Positions 8,167 through 16,445 of a stretch of 32,000 nt of DNA are shown here, piece by piece (position 1 is the first letter of the stretch; each line of letters begins with the position of its first letter). Location of the stretch: contig NZ_CP060084.1 in the NCBI RefSeq assembly GCF_014211975.1, positions 178,314-210,313 of the forward strand, written 5' to 3'. The stretch is from Teredinibacter haidensis (GTDB lineage: Bacteria > Pseudomonadota > Gammaproteobacteria > Pseudomonadales > Cellvibrionaceae). A program made the position numbers and the translations under genes. Under the pieces are notes generated by a model, which searched no databases, was not told the DNA's origin, and saw nothing but the letters and a program-made list of their open reading frames with translations.

Positions 8167-9318
8167 GTGAACTCTGATCTCGTTATTCATCTTAATGCCA
8201 TTGCCTACAATTGGTTGCAGTTAAAGGCCAAATTAAATCCGACTGTTGAATGCGGAGCCGTTGTTAAGGCCGACGCCTATGGTTTAGGGGTTATCCCTGT
8301 TGTTCAGGTACTGCTTAAAGCGGGCTGTAGGCACTTTTACGTTGCTAGCTTACAAGAGGCGCTTTTCGTCCAGGGGCAGTTGGACGAGATTGTTGAGGCG
8401 CACGGGCTGAGTACGGCTGATTGTCAGTTGTATGTGCTTTCGGGGTGTGCTCCCGGCGAAGAGTTGGTTTTTGCGGAGCATCGTATAGTGCCGGTGCTTA
8501 TTAGTGGCGAAATGTTTTTTCGTTGGTGTTCTGCGTTGAGAGGAGCTGGCTTGCGATCCGGTTCTGTTTCCTCCGTATTGAAAGTGGATACAGGGATGTC
8601 GCGTCTGGGCTTGAGTCAGGACGAGTTTGATCTGGTCGTAGCATCACCAAAAGATTTACAAACAGCGGGAGTTAAGCGCTTAATGAGCCACTTGGCTTGT
8701 GCTGACGAGCCGAATCATCCGCAAAATGAACGGCAGCTTCAGCGCTTTCAGCGTTACGCTTCTCGGTTGAAAAAATTACTGCCGAGTCTCAAGTGCGGTC
8801 TGGCCAATTCTGCCGGTATTTTGCTAGGTGATGATTATCATTTTGATACAGTAAGGCCAGGTATAGCGATTTATGGCGGTAATCCGCAGTTGCGGGCGGA
8901 AAATATATTTCGGCCTGTGGTTGAATTAAAGTTGCCAGTACTGCAGGTGCGAGAGATCTCCAGTGACGCTTGTGTTGGCTACGGTGCAACATATTGCTTT
9001 AGTTTGCCTGCGCGGGTGGCGGTTGTTGCGGGCGGGTATGCCGACGGCTTATTTCGTGCGTTATCTAATCACGGTGAGTGCTGGATTGAAAAAAAAGGCG
9101 GGAAGGGCTGGCGGGCACCAATAGTGGGGCGAATATCTATGGATAGCACCATTGTTGATATTTCTCATCTGGCCGAGGGCACGGTTAAGGCTGGCGATCG
9201 CTTGGAGTTTATAGGTAAGAATATTTCACTGGATGAAGTGGCGGAAAAGGCGGGAACGATCGGTTATGAAGTTCTCACCGCTCTGGGGCATCGCTATTTG
9301 CGAACATACAAAAGCTAG
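8167..9318 (+). CDS. alr: Alanine racemase (PLP-dependent)
   Basis: 383 aa. PLP-lysine motif AVVKADAYGLG, plus MSHLACADEP, GYGATY and GRISMDSTIVD blocks typical of Alr. GTG start with no recognisable SD. Confidence 0.85.
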   Translation: MNSDLVIHLNAIAYNWLQLKAKLNPTVECGAVVKADAYGLGVIPVVQVLLKAGCRHFYVASLQEALFVQGQLDEIVEAHGLSTADCQLYVLSGCAPGEELVFAEHRIVPVLISGEMFFRWCSALRGAGLRSGSVSSVLKVDTGMSRLGLSQDEFDLVVASPKDLQTAGVKRLMSHLACADEPNHPQNERQLQRFQRYASRLKKLLPSLKCGLANSAGILLGDDYHFDTVRPGIAIYGGNPQLRAENIFRPVVELKLPVLQVREISSDACVGYGATYCFSLPARVAVVAGGYADGLFRALSNHGECWIEKKGGKGWRAPIVGRISMDSTIVDISHLAEGTVKAGDRLEFIGKNISLDEVAEKAGTIGYEVLTALGHRYLRTYKS

Positions 9319-9336
9319 CGACGGTTTAACACGCTT

Positions 9337-10344
9337 ATGAATTCAAATCAATTATTACTGATTCAGTGTTTGGCCGATGGTGAGTTTCACTCGGGAGAAA
9401 AGCTGGGCGAGTTGGCGGGTATCAGTCGAGCCGCCGTGTGGAAGCAGTTGCAATCGTTGCAGCCGCTAGGAATTGAGGTTATCAGTCATAAGGGTAGGGG
9501 CTATGCGTTAGGTGCTGCCCTCTCCTTGCTTGGGGGCGACAAAATATTAGGGCGGCTCAGCGAGGCGTCCCTGCCGCTTGTATCAGCGCTTGACGTCATT
9601 CAGCAGGTCGAGTCCACCAATCAAACCGTGTTGCAACATATTGGCAGGGGCGGTGGTCATGGCTACATCTGTCTGGCAGAGCAACAAACCGCTGGTCGCG
9701 GTAGGCGTGGCCGGGTCTGGCAAAGCCCCTATGCGGCGAATGTATACCTCTCCATCGGTTGGCGCTTTTCCCAGGGGGTTGCAGCGCTTGAGGGGTTAAG
9801 TTTGGCTGTAGGTGTGGCGGTCGCAGAGGCGCTTTGCGCCCTTGGTTATGATCAGCCGCGTTTGAAGTGGCCTAACGATGTGCTAGTAGAGGGGCGAAAG
9901 CTTGGCGGCATCTTGCTGGAAATGTCTGGTGATGCCAGTGGCGATTGTTATATTGTCGTTGGTGTTGGGCTAAATGTTCGCATGCCTGAAGCCCTTGGCG
10001 CGAGTATAGATCAAGCGTGGGTCGATTTGGCCTCTTTGCCTGCTAAAGATGGTCTTAAGGCTGGCCTGGATAGAAATGCGGTTGTTGCTGCGTTGTTGAA
10101 TGAGCTTATACCCCTGTTGTCGAATTACGAACAGAGCGGTTTTAGCCGTTATAAAAAGCGATGGGAAAAATTGAACGCTTATCGTGATCGGGAGGTTTCC
10201 CTGGTTATGCCCAATAGCACCCTGGATGGCAGGATGCTGGGTGTCACCGAAAGCGGAGGTCTACGCCTGCTGGTGGGCGCGGAAGAGCGCGTTTTTCTTG
10301 GGGGTGAAATCAGTGTTCGCGAGCGTCCAGTGGGGAGGGGGTAA
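9337..10344 (+). CDS. birA: Bifunctional biotin operon repressor / biotin-[acetyl-CoA-carboxylase] ligase
   Basis: 335 aa. N-terminal wHTH (GEFHSGEKLGELAGISRAAVWKQLQSL) as in E. coli BirA. Ligase motif QTAGRGRRGRVWQSP. Confidence 0.92.
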   Translation: MNSNQLLLIQCLADGEFHSGEKLGELAGISRAAVWKQLQSLQPLGIEVISHKGRGYALGAALSLLGGDKILGRLSEASLPLVSALDVIQQVESTNQTVLQHIGRGGGHGYICLAEQQTAGRGRRGRVWQSPYAANVYLSIGWRFSQGVAALEGLSLAVGVAVAEALCALGYDQPRLKWPNDVLVEGRKLGGILLEMSGDASGDCYIVVGVGLNVRMPEALGASIDQAWVDLASLPAKDGLKAGLDRNAVVAALLNELIPLLSNYEQSGFSRYKKRWEKLNAYRDREVSLVMPNSTLDGRMLGVTESGGLRLLVGAEERVFLGGEISVRERPVGRG

Positions 10345-11099
10345 TGCAGCTTCTTCTTGATGCGGGAAATAGTCGGCTTAAGTGGCAGTTGGTTGATGAT
10401 AAACGCAAGCATGAAGGTTGTTGCGCATACTCGGATCTTGGTTGCCTTGCTGAACTCGTTGGCGCGACCCGTTTGGATAGGGTGCTGGTATCGTCCGTAC
10501 GAGGGCCAGAGTTTGATCGTGAGCTTGTCTTGGCGTCTAGAGACCAGTTTGGTATTGAACCTTTTTTTGCGGTGGTTGAGCAAGAGTGTTTGGGTCTCGT
10601 TGCCGCTTACGATGATTTCCGTCGTCTCGGGGTGGATCGCTGGTTGGCAATGTTGGCTGCTTTTCATCGGGAAAAATCTGTTTGTGTTGTTATTGATGCG
10701 GGCACCGCTATAACGGCGGACTTTGTGGGTTTGGGGGGGCGTCATCAAGGTGGCTTGATCGTTCCGGGTGTGCAAGCCATGACCAGAGCACTGCTTTCAA
10801 GCACTAGCGCTATTGATGTTAAGTCGTTAACTCCACCGCAGACGTGGCGGCCTGGTTGCGATACTTTAGCTTGTGTTGAGCAGGGGGTGGCGGCCGCTTT
10901 AAAGGGTTTGATGTCGGAGGTCGTTGCTTATACTGATACTATGGCGAAGGAGCTGCCTAGCGCTTCAGCCGCTACAATTTATTTGACTGGTGGCGATATG
11001 GCGTTGCTTAGATCCTGGCTGCCAGCATCAGCCAAATGCGAGTCTGATCTGGTTTTGCAGGGGTTACTGCTAAACCAGTGTTGGGATATACGACAATAA
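10344..11099 (+). CDS. coaX: Type III pantothenate kinase
   Basis: 251 aa. N-terminus MQLLLDAGNSRLKW (the DxGNS/T motif of CoaX). Its start overlaps the birA stop by 1 nt (TAATG), which suggests translational coupling. Confidence 0.9.
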   Translation: MQLLLDAGNSRLKWQLVDDKRKHEGCCAYSDLGCLAELVGATRLDRVLVSSVRGPEFDRELVLASRDQFGIEPFFAVVEQECLGLVAAYDDFRRLGVDRWLAMLAAFHREKSVCVVIDAGTAITADFVGLGGRHQGGLIVPGVQAMTRALLSSTSAIDVKSLTPPQTWRPGCDTLACVEQGVAAALKGLMSEVVAYTDTMAKELPSASAATIYLTGGDMALLRSWLPASAKCESDLVLQGLLLNQCWDIRQ

Positions 11100-11122
11100 T
11101 AAACGGGGGAACTTCCAATCCA

Positions 11123-11857
11123 ATGAGGTGGATTTTCTTTACACTGCTGTTTTTTAATGTGCTGGCCTTGGCTTGGGGGGTGGCTTTTTATGAGCCTGGC
11201 CAGCAAGTGGTTACTTCAAAGCCAGCACCTTTTGCGTACAAACGGGTGGCGCCGTTGGTTCTGCTGTCGGAAGGGGCGTCTCTGGTGGATGGAGAGCAGA
11301 ATCTGGTGGGTGTTTCCTCTGTGGTGAACACCTCTTCAGGGCCTAGTTACCCGACAAAAGACGGTAAGCCGCTTTGTGATATGGTGGGTCCGTTTAAAGA
11401 TCGGGAGCAGGCGCAGACTTTTACCGAGCGCCTTGCTGCGATCGATATCCGTAGCGAAATAAAAGAGTTGGAAATTCCTGCGGGTGCGCGCTACCAAGTT
11501 TATTTGCCTCCAGAGGCCTCACATAAGGCCGCGCTGCGTAAGTTAGCTGAGCTGCAGGCAAAAAAAGTGGATAGCTACATCATTCCCAAGGGTGAGTTGG
11601 CAAATGGTATTTCGCTAGGTATGTTTAGCCGCGAAGAGCTGGCAAAACAGCAATTAGTTGAGGCGAAAGCCATCGGTCTCGATGCGGAGGTCAATATAAT
11701 CGAGCGCACTTATTGGGAGATTTGGACCATGCTAACACCCGGAGAAGGTGGAAAAATGAGCAATATGGCTTGGTCGCGAGCAATGGAAGGTATAAATGGT
11801 CTCGAGAGACGACAAAATTTCTGTTTAGATGTTGCTTCGCAGGACAACATTCACTAG
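11123..11857 (+). CDS. SPOR domain membrane protein (peptidoglycan-binding)
   Basis: I chose the ATG at 11123 (MRWIFFTLLFFNVLALAWGV, a TM anchor, with GGGGGA upstream) over the TTG at 11078, which overlaps coaX. The C-terminal half has a SPOR-like repeat pattern (GPFKDREQAQTFTERL..., ISLGMFSREELAKQQL). Same position as the gene after coaX in Pseudomonas. Confidence 0.75.
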   Translation: MRWIFFTLLFFNVLALAWGVAFYEPGQQVVTSKPAPFAYKRVAPLVLLSEGASLVDGEQNLVGVSSVVNTSSGPSYPTKDGKPLCDMVGPFKDREQAQTFTERLAAIDIRSEIKELEIPAGARYQVYLPPEASHKAALRKLAELQAKKVDSYIIPKGELANGISLGMFSREELAKQQLVEAKAIGLDAEVNIIERTYWEIWTMLTPGEGGKMSNMAWSRAMEGINGLERRQNFCLDVASQDNIH

Positions 11858-11860
11858 AAT
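11832..11860 (+). promoter_or_regulatory. Candidate sigma70 promoter of the tRNA operon with GC-rich discriminator
   Basis: TTGCTT, 17 nt spacer, TAGAAT, followed by CCCGCCTCC (a GC-rich discriminator typical of stringently controlled stable-RNA promoters). It lies about 55 nt upstream of the first tRNA. The -10 overlaps the SPOR gene stop codon. Confidence 0.4.
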
Positions 11861-11913
11861 CCCGCCTCCACATTAAGGGAGCAGGCCAAAGTATCCCATA
11901 ATGAGGTTAGAGA

Positions 11914-11989
11914 GCTGGTGTAGCTCAGTTGGTAGAGCAGCTGACTTGTAATCAGCCGGTCGGGGGTTCAACTCCTCTCGCCAGCTCCA
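11914..11989 (+). tRNA. thrU: tRNA-Thr (anticodon TGT)
   Basis: Hand-folded cloverleaf. Acceptor GCTGGTG/CGCCAGC, D-arm GCTC..GAGC, anticodon arm GCTGA-CTTGTAA-TCAGC, T-loop TTCAACT, encoded CCA. 76 nt. Confidence 0.93.
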
Positions 11990-12003
11990 TTTTTAAAATT
12001 AGC

Positions 12004-12087
12004 GCAGGGGTTCCCGAGTGGCCAAAGGGATCAGACTGTAAATCTGACGCGCAAGCTTCGGTGGTTCGAATCCACCCCCCTGCACCA
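12004..12087 (+). tRNA. tyrU: tRNA-Tyr (anticodon GTA), class II with long variable arm
   Basis: Acceptor GCAGGGG/CCCCTGC, anticodon loop CTGTAAA, long variable arm, T-arm GGTGG-TTCGAAT-CCACC, encoded CCA. 84 nt. Confidence 0.93.
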
Positions 12088-12234
12088 TATTGAAGTCCGA
12101 GAAGGTGGCTTTCACTGCAATGCCTAGTTAAGTATTTGTAGTGTTTTGCTTACGTCAGGCTCTTCGGATAAGAGTTTAGTCTTCGCGTTGGTAATGCTCA
12201 CGCAAAAGGCTAAAGGTAAGTCGAAAAGTTGTAA

Positions 12235-12308
<74 letters not shown>

Positions 12309-12361
12309 TTAAGCGATAAATGCCGAAAGTGCCCTCTGAGGGTGATAAGTGAAGAGTTCAA

Positions 12362-12437
12362 GCTCATGTAGCTCAGATGGTAGAGCACACCCTTGGTAAG
12401 GGTGAGGTCACCGGTTCAATTCCGGTCATGAGCTCCA
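12362..12437 (+). tRNA. thrT: tRNA-Thr (anticodon GGT)
   Basis: Acceptor GCTCATG/CATGAGC, anticodon arm CACCC-TTGGTAA-GGGTG, T-arm ACCGG-TTCAATT-CCGGT, encoded CCA. 76 nt. Confidence 0.95.
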
Positions 12438-12526
12438 CATTCCGGTATGCAGTGACCAGTTAGCTTCTGGTGGGAGGAAAGGTTGGTGTTAGTGCCGGCC
12501 TTTTTGTGCGTCGGAAGAAGTAATAC

Positions 12527-12602
12527 AGGCCAGTAGTTCAATTGGTAGAGCGTCGGTCTCCAAAACCGAAAGTTGGGGGTTCGAGTCCCTCCTGGCCTGC
12601 CA
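12527..12602 (+). tRNA. trpT: tRNA-Trp (anticodon CCA)
   Basis: Acceptor AGGCCAG/CTGGCCT, anticodon arm CGGT-CTCCAAA-ACCG, T-arm GGGGG-TTCGAGT-CCCTC (same G-U as E. coli tRNA-Trp), encoded CCA. 76 nt. Confidence 0.95.
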
Positions 12603-12674
12603 TTTTAAGGCGAGAGAAATATTCGCCGTCTGCGTTGAAACTTGTCGACGCAAAAAATGTACGTTGAGAAAATT

Positions 12675-13049
12675 ATGAGCACTACTAAAGTCGAAGAAGC
12701 AGATTTTCGTTTGGATGGTCTTAAGTGGCTAGTTGTGGCTGCCCTTGTTTTGGGTGGTGCATTTGCCAATTCATACTATGCTGGCGATTTTGCCCTGCTC
12801 TATCGTGTTCTGGTGTTGTTGGTGCTTGGTCTGTTTGCTGCGTATGTCGCGGTTAACACGGCTAAGGGTAGCTCTTTTTGGGCTCTACTAAAGGCAGCTC
12901 AGGTTGAGGTGCGTAAAGTGGTTTGGCCTTCTCGTCAGGAGACGACTCAGACAACGTTAATTGTATCCGCAGTTGTTGTGGTTACGGCTATTATCCTCTG
13001 GGGTCTGGATGCAGGCCTTGGTTATTTGGCTTCACTCATTATTGGATAG
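12675..13049 (+). CDS. secE: Preprotein translocase subunit SecE
   Basis: The C-terminal block [34 protein letters not shown] is the conserved SecE core. Three TM segments. I prefer the ATG at 12675 (about 124 aa, similar to Pseudomonas SecE length). The ATG at 12657 or the TTG at 12642 remain possible. Confidence 0.85.
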   Translation: MSTTKVEEADFRLDGLKWLVVAALVLGGAFANSYYAGDFALLYRVLVLLVLGLFAAYVAVNTAKGSSFWALLKAAQVEVRKVVWPSRQETTQTTLIVSAVVVVTAIILWGLDAGLGYLASLIIG

Positions 13050-13060
13050 GGGCGCTCACT

Positions 13061-13594
13061 ATGACTAAGCGATGGTATGTTGTTCACGCTTACTCAGGAT
13101 ACGAGAAGAAAGTGGCGCAGGCTCTTAAAGAGCGTATTGAGCTGCACGGGATGCACGATAGTTTTGGCGATGTGTTGGTGCCAACCGAAGAAGTTGTCGA
13201 AATGCGAGGGGGTCAGAAGCGCAGGTCCGAGCGTAAATTCTTCCCAGGTTATGTGCTCGTGCAGATGGAGTTGAATGATGATGCTTGGCATCTGGTTAAA
13301 GAGACTCCCCGAGTAATGGGTTTTATTGGCGGTAAGGCTGATCAGCCTGCACCGATTACCGATAAAGAAGCCGATTTGATTCTGCAGCGAGTTGATGACT
13401 CCGCAGATAAGCCTAAGCCCAAGACTTTGTTTGAGCCGGGCGAAATGGTTCGCGTTATTGATGGCCCCTTCAACGACTTTAATGGAGTGGTTGAAGAGGT
13501 TAATTACGAAAAAAGCCGCTTGCAGGTTGCGGTTCTCATCTTTGGTCGATCTACTCCTGTTGAGCTGGAGTTCGGGCAGGTTGAAAAAAGCTGA
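13061..13594 (+). CDS. nusG: Transcription termination/antitermination factor NusG
   Basis: [18 protein letters not shown]... is the canonical NusG N-terminus. KOW region [21 protein letters not shown]. The track ORF start at 12923 is an in-frame read-through overlapping secE. Confidence 0.95.
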   Translation: MTKRWYVVHAYSGYEKKVAQALKERIELHGMHDSFGDVLVPTEEVVEMRGGQKRRSERKFFPGYVLVQMELNDDAWHLVKETPRVMGFIGGKADQPAPITDKEADLILQRVDDSADKPKPKTLFEPGEMVRVIDGPFNDFNGVVEEVNYEKSRLQVAVLIFGRSTPVELEFGQVEKS

Positions 13595-13649
13595 TTTGGC
13601 GCCACTGCGACGAATTAAGTTTGGTAGTGTTGAGTAACAGTATTGTGCT

Positions 13650-13678
13650 CTCTCCCGCGTAGCGGGGGAGGGCTTTTC
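13650..13678 (+). terminator. Weak terminator-like hairpin after nusG
   Basis: CTCTCCCGC-GTA-GCGGGGGAG (9-bp stem with one G-U) followed by GGCTTTTCG. The T-run is short and offset, so termination is probably partial at best. Confidence 0.35.
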
Positions 13679-13699
13679 GCGTCTTGTTGAAGGAGGTTC

Positions 13700-13781
13700 T
13701 TTCGTCAAGACAGGGGAGCCTGGGAAGAACAGTTTGCCAACTGTTTGGAGGCGCTAAAACCCATAATCGGGAGTACATAGT
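13700..13781 (+). promoter_or_regulatory. rplK-rplA (L11 operon) 5' leader, candidate L1 autoregulatory site
   Basis: Positional inference from E. coli, where L1 represses translation at the L11 mRNA leader. Seen here: hairpin AACAGTT-TGCC-AACTGTT (13728-13745) flanked by GGGAAG and TGGAGG, just upstream of the GGGAG SD of rplK. Confidence 0.3.
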
Positions 13782-14213
13782 ATGGCAAAGAAAGTTGAAG
13801 CTTATATTAAGCTACAGGTAAAAGCCGGTCAGGCTAACCCAAGTCCACCCGTTGGTCCTGCTTTGGGTCAGCACGGTGTGAATATAATGGAATTCTGTAA
13901 GGCGTTTAACGCGCAAACTCAGAGCCAGGAGCCTGGTGCGCCAGTTCCTGTTGTGATTTCTGTTTATAGCGACCGTAGCTTTACCTTCACCATGAAAACC
14001 CCACCAGCATCTTATATGTTAAAGAAAGCCGCTGGAATCAAAAGTGGTAGTGGCCGTCCCAACACTGAAAAAGTTGGCAAGGTTAATCGTGCCCAGTTGG
14101 AAGAGATTGCTACTGCCAAGGCGCCGGATTTGACTGCTGCCGATATGGATGCAGCAGTTCGTACTATCGCCGGCTCTGCCCGTGCGATGGGTATTGATGT
14201 GGAGGGTGTGTAA
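13782..14213 (+). CDS. rplK: 50S ribosomal protein L11
   Basis: 143 aa. [43 protein letters not shown] is a canonical L11 sequence. Confidence 0.97.
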   Translation: MAKKVEAYIKLQVKAGQANPSPPVGPALGQHGVNIMEFCKAFNAQTQSQEPGAPVPVVISVYSDRSFTFTMKTPPASYMLKKAAGIKSGSGRPNTEKVGKVNRAQLEEIATAKAPDLTAADMDAAVRTIAGSARAMGIDVEGV

Positions 14214-14214
14214 C

Positions 14215-14910
14215 ATGGCGAATCTGACTAAAAAGCAAAAAGTAATCAACGAAAAAGTTGATTTCACCAAGTCGTACGGTATTGACGAAGCTGTAGCGTT
14301 ATTGAAAGAGCTGGCAACCGCCAAGTTTTCAGAAACTGTTGACGCTGCTGTCAATCTTGGTATCGATCCCCGTAAATCCGACCAGTCTGTTCGCGGTGCA
14401 ACCAGTTTGCCGCACGGTACAGGTAAAGCTGTGCGCGTTGCTGTATTTGCTCAGGGCGCAGCTGCCGATGCAGCGAAAGAAGCCGGTGCGGAATTTGTCG
14501 GTATGGATGAACTCGCGGCTGAAATTAAAGGTGGCATGATGGATTTTGACGTGGTCGTAGCCGATCCGGCAGCAATGCGTGTTGTGGGTATGCTTGGCCA
14601 GGTGTTGGGTCCACGCGGACTGATGCCAAACCCCAAAACCGGAACTGTAACCCCCGACGTTGCTGGAGCTGTTAAAAAAGCTAAAGCCGGTCAAGTGCGT
14701 TTTCGTGCGGACAAGGGCGGTATTGTTCACGGTGGTATTGGTAAGGTTTCTTTTGACGCTAGCGCGATCAAGGAAAACTTGGAAGCCTTAGTTAACGATT
14801 TGAAAAAAGCTAAGCCTGCAGCGGCCAAAGGTGTTTACCTGAAGAAAATATCTTTGAGTACCACTATGGGCCCCGGCTTGGTCATCGATCAATCTAGTTT
14901 GGAAGTTTAA
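14215..14910 (+). CDS. rplA: 50S ribosomal protein L1
   Basis: [16 protein letters not shown]... is a canonical L1 N-terminus. The ATG at 14215 lies 1 nt after the rplK stop. The track start at 14149 is an upstream extension inside rplK. Confidence 0.97.
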   Translation: MANLTKKQKVINEKVDFTKSYGIDEAVALLKELATAKFSETVDAAVNLGIDPRKSDQSVRGATSLPHGTGKAVRVAVFAQGAAADAAKEAGAEFVGMDELAAEIKGGMMDFDVVVADPAAMRVVGMLGQVLGPRGLMPNPKTGTVTPDVAGAVKKAKAGQVRFRADKGGIVHGGIGKVSFDASAIKENLEALVNDLKKAKPAAAKGVYLKKISLSTTMGPGLVIDQSSLEV

Positions 14911-15190
14911 TTCCGCTGATTGATTAACCAGAACTTTGGGGTCTGGTTTTTTGGTTCACTTAATTTTTAAGTGTTCTGATGAGCCGGGCTGTCAAAGACC
15001 GTAGGTGCGGAAGAGACTTTTAGTTTTTACTGCTTAATCCAGATCGAAAGGTCAAGCCTACGCAGACGGTGTGTCCCAATTCAGATTTTACGGATTTGAA
15101 TGTGATCACCGATAATCGGAAATGGCAAAATCACAATGTAGTAACTGTGGTAGCGTTATTTCTTAACTTCAAATCCAGGAGATTTTATTA
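14911..15190 (+). promoter_or_regulatory. rplA-rplJ intergenic region: attenuator-like hairpin plus rplJ (L10) leader
   Basis: 280-nt non-coding gap. AACCAGA...TCTGGTT hairpin with T6 at 14926-14953. Perfect AT-rich palindrome CACTTAA-TTT-TTAAGTG at 14957-14973. In E. coli the long rplJ leader binds L10(L12)4. The assignment here is positional, and no covariance model was run. Confidence 0.4.
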
Positions 15191-15721
15191 GTGGCTATTG
15201 GACTCGAAGACAAAAAAGCGATCGTCGCTGACGTTAACGAGACTGCAGCTAACGCGTTATCTCTGGTGATTGCCGACGCACGTGGCGTGACTGTTGGCGA
15301 TATGGATTCCCTGCGCAAACTGGCTCGTGAGAACAACGTAAATTTACGTGTTGTTCGAAACACCCTAGCCAAGCGCGCTATGCAGGGAACCGATTTTGAG
15401 TGTGTGAACGAAGCCCTTACTGGCCCAAGTCTGTTTGGTTTTTCTATGGAAGACCCAGGCGCGGCGGCGCGAATTTTCAAAGATTTTGCTAAACAGCAGG
15501 AAAACTTTGAAGTAAAAGCGCTCTCTATTGGCGGTAAGTTGCTGGAATCAAGCCAAATCGACACTCTCGCCAAGCTTCCGACTTTGGAACAGGCGTTGGG
15601 TCTATTGGCAAGCGTTATGATCGCACCGGTCACCAAATTGGTTCGTACTTTCAACGAGGTACCAACCAAGGTTACACGCGTAGTTGCGGCAGTTCGCGAC
15701 CAGAAACAAGACGCGGCATAA
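15191..15721 (+). CDS. rplJ: 50S ribosomal protein L10
   Basis: 176 aa. GTG start with an AGGAG SD about 9 nt upstream. Typical L10 sequence: [17 protein letters not shown]...[12 protein letters not shown]. Confidence 0.95.
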   Translation: MAIGLEDKKAIVADVNETAANALSLVIADARGVTVGDMDSLRKLARENNVNLRVVRNTLAKRAMQGTDFECVNEALTGPSLFGFSMEDPGAAARIFKDFAKQQENFEVKALSIGGKLLESSQIDTLAKLPTLEQALGLLASVMIAPVTKLVRTFNEVPTKVTRVVAAVRDQKQDAA

Positions 15722-15846
15722 GTTTCGGCTCTTTTTAATAAAAGTATCGAACTGGCTGTATCTATTGTCCGAAATTGTTCCTGACAACTTTCGGAATACT
15801 CCACATCCGTGTGGTTAATTAACAAATTTAAATTGGAGATAGAGTA

Positions 15847-16224
15847 ATGGCTCTTTCTAAAGAAGATATCTTAAATGCAATTGCTGAAATGTCTGTAATG
15901 GACGTTGTTGAGCTTGTTGAAGCAATGGAAGAGAAGTTCGGTGTATCTGCTGCTGCTGCTGTTGCCGTAGCTGCTCCTGCTGCAGGTGGCGACGTTGCTG
16001 CTGCTGAAGAGCAAACCGAATTTGACGTCGTTCTTACCGCTATCGGCGAAAAGAAAGTTAACGTGATCAAAGCTGTACGTGCTATCACTGGTCTGGGTCT
16101 GAAAGAAGCCAAGGCAATGGTTGACGGCGCTCCAAGTTCAGTTAAAGAAGGCGTTTCTAAAGATGACGCTGAAGAAGCTAAGAAGCAACTGGAAGAAGCC
16201 GGCGCATCTGTTGAGCTTAAGTAA
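15847..16224 (+). CDS. rplL: 50S ribosomal protein L7/L12
   Basis: 125 aa. Ala-rich hinge ([14 protein letters not shown]) and conserved C-terminal domain [27 protein letters not shown]. Confidence 0.97.
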   Translation: MALSKEDILNAIAEMSVMDVVELVEAMEEKFGVSAAAAVAVAAPAAGGDVAAAEEQTEFDVVLTAIGEKKVNVIKAVRAITGLGLKEAKAMVDGAPSSVKEGVSKDDAEEAKKQLEEAGASVELK

Positions 16225-16236
16225 GTTGTGGTTTGA

Positions 16237-16260
16237 AGGTTTTCTCTGCGGAGAAAACCT
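16237..16260 (+). promoter_or_regulatory. rplL-rpoB intercistronic hairpin (attenuator or RNA processing site candidate)
   Basis: Perfect 10-bp stem AGGTTTTCTC-TGCG-GAGAAAACCT, 13 nt after the rplL stop, with no T-run directly after it. E. coli has a partial terminator and an RNase III site in the equivalent 221-nt type spacer. Confidence 0.45.
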
Positions 16261-16445
16261 GCGAAGACAAGGTCAGTGGGCTTTTTGCCCTCTGGCCTTT
16301 TCCCGTTTGCGATCAACGTAAGGTCGAAGTATTTGGCTGGAATTTTTACTTTTCCACTCATGCGCATTTTGTAAAACACGGTTTAAAAAAGGCTCACCCG
16401 GCCTTTAAGTCGAAATAAGCTCCGTGCTAAAGCTGAGGAACACTA

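Noticed and set aside
12481-12505. Hairpin plus T5 between tRNA-Thr(GGT) and tRNA-Trp, considered as a functional terminator
   Set aside because: The stem needs two G-U pairs. Only 21 nt remain before tRNA-Trp, which leaves no room for a new promoter for tRNA-Trp-secE-nusG. I therefore do not list it as a feature and mention it only in the tufB-absence finding.
15169-16379. Two long reverse-strand ORFs (15169-15825, 218 aa; 15828-16379, 183 aa) that together are almost continuously open for 1.2 kb
   Set aside because: They are exactly antisense to rplJ and rplL, whose forward-strand products are unmistakable ribosomal proteins. The antisense translations are low-complexity (Ser/Ala/Thr runs) with no motifs. 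Open antisense frames are expected opposite strongly codon-biased genes.
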